Assembly (NCBI GenBank): GCA_030038175.1
Contig: JASHPN010000208.1
Span: 1-53,447 of the forward strand
Origin: Verrucomicrobiia bacterium
GTDB lineage: Bacteria > Verrucomicrobiota > Verrucomicrobiia > Limisphaerales > UBA11358
DNA length: 53,447 nt
Direction: 5' to 3'
Numbering within the stretch: the stretch's first letter is position 1; each line of letters starts with the position of its first letter. The translations under genes were made by a program, and so were the position numbers. Positions 46,453 through 53,447 of the stretch are shown here, in pieces. The notes under the pieces were generated by a model. The model searched no databases, had not been told where the DNA came from, and saw only the letters and a program-made list of their open reading frames with translations.

Positions 46453-47514
46453 ATGAAAACCATCTGCGGGGCGATCACGGGGCTTTTAATATTTACCGTT
46501 CATCTTTCGATCGCCCTGGGCCAGGGCGCTACGGCGTTTACGTATCAGGGCAATCTCCAGAACAACGGCACAAACGTGACTGGCGCCACCGGGATGATTT
46601 TTGCGCTCTATGATTTCGGCCTCGGCGGCACGCCCATCACCCCCGCCATCACCAACGATGTCGCGGTGTCGAATGGCCTGTTTACGGTCACCCTCGATTT
46701 TGGCGCGGGCGCGTTCAACGGACAGGCGTGCTGGCTGGACATCGCCATATCGAACGGCGTGAGAAATGTGGAACTATCGCCGCGCACACAAGTGTTGCCC
46801 ACGCCTTATGCCACGTTTGCCAATACCGCGAGTAACATCGCGGCGGGGGCCGTTTCCACGGGGACATTTATCGGCGACGGCAGCGGCTTGTTGAATGTGG
46901 GCGCGAATCTTCAGATGCAGGTATTTCCCAATTACGGAACCTATACGTTCAATGTTCCGACCAATGTCAGCAGCGTGATTGTTGAGGCCTGGGGCGGCGG
47001 CGGAGGGGGCGGGGGCGGGTATGCGCTCTATGATCGGGGCGGCGGCGGCGGCGGAGCGGGCGGATACGCCAAAGGCGTGGTGACGGTAACGCCCGGCGCA
47101 AGCTACACGGTGGTCGTGGGGCAGGGAGGTCTTGCCGACTCGGAAGAAGCCGAGACGGGAGGGAGCAGCTCTTTTGGCAGCGCCATCACCGCGGGCGGCG
47201 GCACGCCCGGCCAATTTGGCTCCGGGACGAGCACGCTCACGACCGGGGGAGCCGGGGGCCAAGGGTCTGGCCAGGGCGGTTCGGGCACGATTTTGGCCAT
47301 CACCGGCGGGATCGGGCAGTTTGGAGTTTATGACGTCGGCGGCGGAAATGGCGGCAACGCTCCTGACGGCGGCGCGGGCGGGCTGGGCAATTTGGGCGCC
47401 GGCGGCACGGCCGGAACCGTACCCGGCGGAGGCGGAGGCGGAGGCGGATATTCCTCTTCCAGTTCAGATGCCGGCTATGACGGCGGAAGCGGCGAAGTGG
47501 TTGTGTATTATTGA
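46453..47514 (+). CDS. Secreted glycine-rich protein with N-terminal AFTYQG domain
   Basis: Signal peptide; TAFTYQGNL...NGLFTVTLDFG...WLDI domain; Gly-rich C-terminal domain (WGGGGGGG...VTPGASYTVVVGQGG...GEVVVYY). Confidence 0.85.
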   Translation: MKTICGAITGLLIFTVHLSIALGQGATAFTYQGNLQNNGTNVTGATGMIFALYDFGLGGTPITPAITNDVAVSNGLFTVTLDFGAGAFNGQACWLDIAISNGVRNVELSPRTQVLPTPYATFANTASNIAAGAVSTGTFIGDGSGLLNVGANLQMQVFPNYGTYTFNVPTNVSSVIVEAWGGGGGGGGGYALYDRGGGGGGAGGYAKGVVTVTPGASYTVVVGQGGLADSEEAETGGSSSFGSAITAGGGTPGQFGSGTSTLTTGGAGGQGSGQGGSGTILAITGGIGQFGVYDVGGGNGGNAPDGGAGGLGNLGAGGTAGTVPGGGGGGGGYSSSSSDAGYDGGSGEVVVYY

Positions 47515-47643
47515 AGCGCGGAGGGGTTTAGACCACGAAATACACGAACAGAACAGATGGAAATAGACAGGATGAACCTGCCTGCGCTCCCGCCGAACTT
47601 TAGCTTGAAACGCTTCGGGACGCCGGGTTTGGTGGTATCGAAC

Positions 47644-48795
47644 CTAGGGGATCCGCCGGAAGTTGGGATGGATTGTTGTGTCGGGATAATCGTAGATGCC
47701 GTTGATTCCCGGTTGAGATTCCTGAGGTATGTAGCGGCCGGGCGGGAGTTGAACGCCTTTGTGGTCGGTCAGGTCGAGAGATTTGATTTCTTCCGGCGAG
47801 AGGGCACGGTTAAAGACCGCGAGATTGTCAATTAACCCGTGAAAATAGGTATAATAACCGGGACAGGTGTCGCCGCCGATATTCAGCGGCTGGTCAGTGG
47901 ATAGATCACCCGGCTGCCGGGTGGGATCGAATGTCAAAATCAACTGGCCATCCACATACAGCTTGCCGCCGTCGGCCGCATTGCGAACCACCGTAACGGC
48001 GACCTGATGGAAGTTGCCGTCAAACAGGTTTGGGCCCGGTGCGTGCCATTCGTCGCCATTCTCATCTAAATTGTCAGACATCCTGAAGCTGAGCTGGCCA
48101 TGGTAAAGGCACAGGACAAAGCCAAGGCAGCGCGTGTTGTTGGGAGTGATCCGCTTGTCTGCGATGGGCAGGATGTCGTCGGTCATTTGCGGCGGCGGGG
48201 ACGCGGGTTCAATCCAGGCCTCGATTGAAAAATCCTGGCCGGGGCCAAAATTCAAATCCGGGCTGCCGGGGACCAAAATCTGATTCTCGCCTCCGTCAAA
48301 ATAGAAGCCCGGTCCGGTTTTGGCGTCGAGATAGCTTATTCCCGGCGAAACGGAGGCGTCGTGCGCGCCGGCGGCGTCTTTGCCGGAGCTGCTTCCCGAC
48401 CAGAGAGCGACGAGGCCGGGCAAATTCGATCCGGGAATCGCGCCGGCCACGGTGACTTTGCGGATGGAAGCCACCGGCAGGTCCGCTTTGCCAAAGCTGG
48501 TTTTGATCGCCATCTTGGAATCCTCAAAGGAAACGGCCAGGGCGTCGCCGGCGGTAGTGGTCACGGTCGCGGAATTGGCGGGCGAGCAATCCACCGACCG
48601 AATGTCCTGAATCGGCAGGGCAACTTCTCCCAAGAGCGCGGAATGGAACCGGAGCTTTTTATCCAGGCACTGGCCCACGATGCGGGAACCGTCGGATAAT
48701 TCAACCGTGACGCGGGGCGAAGATGGTTCAGCGGCGACGGCATAGCTGAGGCGGCACGCGAAAACCGCGACTGTCGAAAGATGAAGGAGCTTCAT
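47644..48795 (-). CDS. Secreted LamG/ConA-like jellyroll protein
   Basis: Signal peptide; FSIEAWI, FHQVAVT, LYVDGQL, FHGLIDNLAVFNRALSPEEI. Confidence 0.88.
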   Translation of the reverse strand: MKLLHLSTVAVFACRLSYAVAAEPSSPRVTVELSDGSRIVGQCLDKKLRFHSALLGEVALPIQDIRSVDCSPANSATVTTTAGDALAVSFEDSKMAIKTSFGKADLPVASIRKVTVAGAIPGSNLPGLVALWSGSSSGKDAAGAHDASVSPGISYLDAKTGPGFYFDGGENQILVPGSPDLNFGPGQDFSIEAWIEPASPPPQMTDDILPIADKRITPNNTRCLGFVLCLYHGQLSFRMSDNLDENGDEWHAPGPNLFDGNFHQVAVTVVRNAADGGKLYVDGQLILTFDPTRQPGDLSTDQPLNIGGDTCPGYYTYFHGLIDNLAVFNRALSPEEIKSLDLTDHKGVQLPPGRYIPQESQPGINGIYDYPDTTIHPNFRRIP

Positions 48796-49323
48796 AATTC
48801 AGGAATGGGCGTTGTGTTTTTTTGATTTTGGCGTCCTTTGGCATTCTTTCAAGTTCAATTTTCGATCGTCGAAAGCACGGATTAAGACAACGCGGTTGGA
48901 GGACGGAGCGCGGATGCGTGCGAGAGCCCCAGCCGCAGCACGTGGCCAGCCGGAGATATTGCGTATGGCGACGAATCATCGCGTTGCGGACGTGCGGCGA
49001 CGGCAGCAGCACGACGAAGCCTGAATGGCAGGAGTCCTGGCTCGTTTAATTCGATTACGAAGACGAGGACAATTAAGGTTTACCGGGGGCGTTCACCCTT
49101 TTAGCCAGAGCTTCCTGACGTCAGCTCCTACGCAATTAGGAACGCAAGCGTGGTGGCGAAGGTTCATAGTGCCGATGCAAGGTGGCTGGATGTTCGATGT
49201 TCAACAGGTTAAAAAGATTTTTTGCAAGATCCCGGAGTGGGCGCCGTAGGGGTCAATGAACGTGGAAAAACGCTTGTTTTTTCTTCACTGGGAAATAGGT
49301 TAAATAACGAAAAGGCGGATAAG

Positions 49324-50088
49324 ATGAAAAATAGCTCGAACAGAAACGGTTTTACGCTCATTGAATTGCTGGTGGTGATCGCGATTATTGCGATTTTGGC
49401 CGCGGTCCTCCTGCCGGTGCTGGACATGGCCAAACGAAAGGCCTGGGAGATCAGTTGTCTCGACAACCACAAGCAATTGGCCACGGCCTGGATCATGTAT
49501 AAAAACGATAACAACGGCAATTTGGCCATTGACGACCCCGTGACGGGGGCGACGCTGGCCGGAACGAATTATCCGAGCTGGGTCTATGGCAATATGCAGA
49601 CATCCGATGCAACGAACACCTCATTGATTCAAATGGGCCTGCTTTTTCCCGATGGCGCCAACGTTGGCATTTATCATTGTCCCGCTGACCAGGACACGGC
49701 CCATCACGACCGCAGTTACAGCATGCAACCGCAACTGGCCCTATATAATAACGGTGCGCCAGTCCCGGTGGACACCAGCTATCCACCCATGTACACGGAA
49801 AACCAAATCCGGATTGTCCCGCCGTGTTCAACCGTTCTTTTTTTGGATGAAAGTTCCGTGACCATCAATGACGGCTTTTTTGCCCTGGACATTACCTCCG
49901 GCCAATGGGAATCCGATCTTCCGGCCTATTGGCACGGGAATGGCGATAATTTATCGTTCGCCGACGGCCACGCGGAGCATTGGCGCTGGCTGGACCCACG
50001 GACGTCTTCGCCTAATCCAAATTCCGGCAGCGCGCCATATCCCGATCTGGCGCGGCTCGAAGCGGATTTCGGGTATCAATCGCCGTAA
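49324..50088 (+). CDS. Prepilin-type N-terminal cleavage/methylation protein with H-X9-DG domain
   Basis: [19 protein letters not shown]; [14 protein letters not shown]. Confidence 0.93.
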   Translation: MKNSSNRNGFTLIELLVVIAIIAILAAVLLPVLDMAKRKAWEISCLDNHKQLATAWIMYKNDNNGNLAIDDPVTGATLAGTNYPSWVYGNMQTSDATNTSLIQMGLLFPDGANVGIYHCPADQDTAHHDRSYSMQPQLALYNNGAPVPVDTSYPPMYTENQIRIVPPCSTVLFLDESSVTINDGFFALDITSGQWESDLPAYWHGNGDNLSFADGHAEHWRWLDPRTSSPNPNSGSAPYPDLARLEADFGYQSP

Positions 50089-50089
50089 C

Positions 50090-50890
50090 TTATTGTTGCG
50101 GCCGCGGCGAGGGCGGGACCCAATTCACGTGCCAGGAGTATTGCCAGAGGTTCTCGAGTTTGGCCATTTCCACATGGCCATCGGCCAGACCCAGGTTGAC
50201 GGCGCCGGGCATTTTTTGGGTGGTATCAAAATCGCGCGGCGCGGACCCGGCAACGGCGGCATGTCGCGCAATCGTGCACCGTTCCATGCCCGTCGAATTG
50301 GGTTCGCCGTCAAAAAGATCGCTCGCGGGAGGGTCCGTTTCCAGCGGCCACATGTCCGGCCAAATGGCGTCGGCAAAGATCGGCGTGGTGGAAGGATAGC
50401 GAATGGCGGATTCGGTCTGGAAAAAATTGGTGAGGGTATCGTATCCGAAGCCGAATTGGGTATTCACCACGGTGGAATAGAGCCAGCCATTCAGGGCGTA
50501 GCTGCCGTTGGTCTGGATGGTGGCGGAGCTGAACCAGGACCACGCATTGACGGTGGTGCCGCTGACCGTGTCATCCGGCGACAATTCCGCCGGGGCGGGC
50601 GCCGTGGGACAAAGCATCGCCTTGCGCTGCCAGGACAAATTTCCCATCACGGACGGAAACCAGAGCGATTGGAGGGAGGGATAGCCAATCGACCCTTCCT
50701 GGCTCTCATACATATAGGCCGCCGTGGCCAGTTGTTTCACATTGTTCACGCATTGAATCTCCTGCGCCCGGCGCTTGGCCGCCGCAAAGACGGGCAACAA
50801 AATCGCGGCCAAAATGGCAATGACGGCAATGACCACGAGCAGCTCGATGAGCGTGAACGCGCGGGCGTGTTTTTTTAAGCCGGCAGCCAT
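50090..50890 (-). CDS. Prepilin-type N-terminal cleavage/methylation protein (H-X-DG variant)
   Basis: [19 protein letters not shown]; RH...[11 protein letters not shown]. Confidence 0.92.
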   Translation of the reverse strand: MAAGLKKHARAFTLIELLVVIAVIAILAAILLPVFAAAKRRAQEIQCVNNVKQLATAAYMYESQEGSIGYPSLQSLWFPSVMGNLSWQRKAMLCPTAPAPAELSPDDTVSGTTVNAWSWFSSATIQTNGSYALNGWLYSTVVNTQFGFGYDTLTNFFQTESAIRYPSTTPIFADAIWPDMWPLETDPPASDLFDGEPNSTGMERCTIARHAAVAGSAPRDFDTTQKMPGAVNLGLADGHVEMAKLENLWQYSWHVNWVPPSPRPQQ

Positions 50891-51221
50891 AAGGTTAAGT
50901 GAATATTGACCCGAAGTGCGAAAACGTCGAGTTGTTAATGTGATGATAGAATATGTGACGGAGCGCGGATGTGTGCGCAGCACCACGACAAGGCTGGAAT
51001 GGCAGGAATCCTTGCCCTCTTGCGATCCAGGTTGCAGCCGGACCGCATATCAGATGCGCGCTTCGCGCGGCTTCGCAATCAGCGGCTGGATTTTAGGTTT
51101 CGTTACCTGGGGCGGCGCGCTCCCGGAGTCGCGCTTTGCCCCAGGCTATTATCGGCCGCCCATTCAGGGCTTTCAGTCAGCGCCTGCGGCGTTTATCCGT
51201 GTCTATCTTTGGTTAAAATTT

Positions 51222-53033
51222 TCATTGTTCGATGAGTTCGGGCTTGGTCGGATTATCTATGATCTCGTATTTGAGCGAATCCAAATCGAGCCAGACTTTG
51301 CCGCTGCCATGGAAGGCGAAGCCGGTGTCGAGGCATTCGGTGTCTTTGGGAATCCGGCAGGTGATGGTTCGAAGCGTCCAATCGGTTGTTCCGGAAATGG
51401 GGCCGCCGCCAAGCATCTTATCCTGGGCGAGCAATTTGAAATTCGCTCCTTTTGGCCGAAGGTTGGGACGCAAACGGCCGTCCACATTTTCCGTTTTTGT
51501 CCACACGGTCATGCGCACCATGTGACCGGCGTATTTTTCCGGCGTGCGAATGTCCTGTCCCCACCACATCCATGAGCCGGGAGGCGCCTTTCCGAATAGC
51601 GTATATTCAATGCAAAACGCCGAATGGCCGTTGTGCGTGACGGTATCGTCGGTCGTTTCGGAATAATCGTAGGAATCGGGGCTCCATACGTGCCAGGGAC
51701 GATCATCGGTGATGGGTGTTTCGGGCGGAACAACGTCCACTTCAAAATCGTCGAACCAGACCTCGCCGGTGCCGTAAAGGGCGGGCGCAAAGACGATCGC
51801 GCAAGGTTCCTTTGGAACATCGGCGACAAATTCGATCTGCTGCCAATCGGTCGTGCCGCGAATGGGCCGGTCGGTCATGTCGTCGTCGGCAAAAATGTGC
51901 CCGCCTTTATTCACGATTTCCAGCGATGCGCCGGCCCAGGCGGCGACGTCTTTGGTTTTTATCCAGCCGCCGACCTGAACCCGCTTTCCCAGCAGCAAAG
52001 AATTTTTCGGGAGCCAATGAACCGTGTAACGCGACGCTGCAAGCAACCGGTTTTTGCCGGTCGTCGAAGCCAGATATTCAGCGTCGGTGGCCGGCGCGAT
52101 GAGCGATTTGATGTGGATGGCGGGATCGGAATCGGGCGTGCGGCGCATATTCGGGTCCGTATCCATTTCAAACCGGTCGTCGTCCACGCCGTTCCGGAAG
52201 GCGTCATTGGCGAATTTGAGGGGCAGCTTTTCCGGGGGAGGGAGAGGCGGCCCGGAGATTGACTTGAAAATGACAAAGCCGGCGCCGGCGCCAATAATGA
52301 CGGCTACGGCCGTCGCGATAATAATTTTAGTTTTCATGGTGATGAGAGTTGCTTTGGCGATGGTGGTGAGGGGAAGAGAAGCGGTTGCGCCTTTGGCCAG
52401 CGCAAGGGCGGCGGTCGTTTTGATGAGCGCGGCGGGCGCGGGTTGAATTGAATGAATTGAAATGGTTTCGGCAATGGCGGCGGTGGTTGAATCAGCCCCG
52501 CGCTGCAAGAAGATTTGCCGCAATTTTTCCAGCGCGCGATTCACCCGCATTCTGGCGCCGTCTTCATTTGCGCCCAGGGCCGCGCCGACCTGCTTGAAAT
52601 CTTTGCCTTCGAAAAATCGGAGCAGCACGGCATTTCGGTCTTTTTCGCCCAGGCGCAGCATCGCCGAGTCCAGCATCGGCGCGATTTGTTGCCAGGCTTG
52701 AGATTCGAGGGGTTCATTCAGGGTGGATTGCATGTAGGCCTCCTGTTCGCGGCGCTGGCGGCGGCGCTGCATTTTCAACACGTCGGCGCTCACGTATTGC
52801 GCCGTACGATAAAGCCAGCCGGTCAAAATGGTTTCCGCCCCGAGTAATTTTGCTTTACGCGCCAAAAGGATGAAGACCGATTGCGTGACTTCTTCGGCCA
52901 GGTGCGGGTCGCTCGTTTGGCGCAAGGCCACCGAATAAACGAGATGAATGTGCCGCGAAACCAGCGTTTCAAATGCTTTTTCCGACTGGCGGGCGGCGTA
53001 TTCGCGCACCAATTCCATGTCTTCGGCCATCAT
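51222..53033 (-). CDS. ECF sigma-70 factor with TM helix and two tandem CBM-like jellyroll domains
   Basis: Sigma core paralogous to the other two; TM IIIATAVAVIIGAGAGFVIF; two repeats of (I/T)KT..V...PI.GTTDW...P...G.G.VW.D. Confidence 0.88.
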   Translation of the reverse strand: MMAEDMELVREYAARQSEKAFETLVSRHIHLVYSVALRQTSDPHLAEEVTQSVFILLARKAKLLGAETILTGWLYRTAQYVSADVLKMQRRRQRREQEAYMQSTLNEPLESQAWQQIAPMLDSAMLRLGEKDRNAVLLRFFEGKDFKQVGAALGANEDGARMRVNRALEKLRQIFLQRGADSTTAAIAETISIHSIQPAPAALIKTTAALALAKGATASLPLTTIAKATLITMKTKIIIATAVAVIIGAGAGFVIFKSISGPPLPPPEKLPLKFANDAFRNGVDDDRFEMDTDPNMRRTPDSDPAIHIKSLIAPATDAEYLASTTGKNRLLAASRYTVHWLPKNSLLLGKRVQVGGWIKTKDVAAWAGASLEIVNKGGHIFADDDMTDRPIRGTTDWQQIEFVADVPKEPCAIVFAPALYGTGEVWFDDFEVDVVPPETPITDDRPWHVWSPDSYDYSETTDDTVTHNGHSAFCIEYTLFGKAPPGSWMWWGQDIRTPEKYAGHMVRMTVWTKTENVDGRLRPNLRPKGANFKLLAQDKMLGGGPISGTTDWTLRTITCRIPKDTECLDTGFAFHGSGKVWLDLDSLKYEIIDNPTKPELIEQ

Positions 53034-53042
53034 CTTTATCAA

Positions 53043-53071
53043 TACATGGACGCCGTCGCGAAAAGCGAACA
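53043..53071 (-). promoter_or_regulatory. Conserved promoter motif of extended ECF genes, copy 3
   Basis: TGTTCGCTTTTCGCGACGGCGTCCATGTA, 9 nt before ATG. Confidence 0.65.
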
Positions 53072-53361
53072 TTTTTGTCGAAGCCAGGGCAGGGGGGAAA
53101 TGAGGGATGAATGTAGGGAAAAGACATCGGGCAACCTTGCAATCTGACCGGATTTAGGCTAAAAAACAGGCTATGGGGGACACCTCCGCCGATTTCCGGA
53201 ATAGGGCAGTGTCCTGAATTGATGCTTTTGGAGCGCAACTGGGTCATGGAACATCAATCGTGGCCGCTGCGGCTGGTCTCCCGACAGATCGGGAGACACA
53301 GCCGCGCTCCGACCGAAACAGGACACCGCCCGGGATAGTGGTTCCTTCACGAAAATATAAT

Positions 53362-53447
53362 ATGACTCCAAAATTATTCTCTGAGCTGGGTTTGTCCGCC
53401 GAACTGCTCAAGGCGATTGACAAGCTCGGCTTCGAACAGGCCACGCC
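53362..53447 (+). CDS. DEAD/DEAH-box RNA helicase, 5' part (runs off window)
   Basis: MTPKLFSELGLSAELLKAIDKLGFEQAT matches the helicase Q-motif region. Confidence 0.8.
   Translation, partial: MTPKLFSELGLSAELLKAIDKLGFEQAT

Noticed and set aside
50891-50935. Fourth copy of the extended-ECF promoter upstream of the pilin-like gene
   Set aside because: Only the TTTT tract and part of the GC block match; TGT and the 3' T-N-TA are missing.
28262-53033. Diversity-generating retroelement or shufflon behind the sigma/pilin variability
   Set aside because: No reverse transcriptase, no TR/VR pair with adenine-specific mismatches, and no site-specific recombinase in the window.
1-53447. tRNA or rRNA genes
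   Set aside because: No cloverleaf with T-loop GTTC and acceptor stem, and no rRNA-like segment recognised by eye; tRNAscan-SE/Infernal were not run.

Overview
Bacterial chromosomal window, probably from a Pedosphaera-like Verrucomicrobium (inferred from gene families, not a database hit). 1-27 kb is mostly core/metabolic: a GDP-mannose 3,5-epimerase-like gene, ffh, a large secreted glycoside-hydrolase-like protein and DJ-1/PfpI; a sigma54-type assimilatory nitrate operon (NasS/NrtA-like protein, NarK-type MFS, CysJ-like diflavin reductase, NirA, nitrate reductase, MOSC) with divergent LysR and NrtS; a Phd-VapC toxin-antitoxin pair; heptose/LPS genes with transaldolase; and a beta-propeller histidine kinase with a LuxR-type regulator. 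27.5-53.4 kb is accessory, with REP-like palindromes in most intergenic gaps. It holds four ECF sigma factors, GH76 and GH92 mannan enzymes, two convergent prepilin-like genes, a 240-bp MITE (20-bp TIRs, 9-bp TSD), an internally deleted IS1595-type element (24-bp IRs, 8-bp TSD) with passenger genes, and the start of a DEAD-box helicase. Best leads: (1) three membrane-anchored ECF sigmas with different C-terminal modules (secretin-like, LolA-like, tandem CBM-like) behind one shared 29-bp promoter motif; (2) twin small paralogous proteins (MPKGL...SRAFxWDYW), each with an identically spaced ECF-type promoter; (3) a helical motif shared by the three nitrate-assimilation enzymes, possibly a docking module; (4) two IS1595-derived elements carrying the same small-gene/RHH cassette. 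Family assignments come from motif recognition only; no searches were run.
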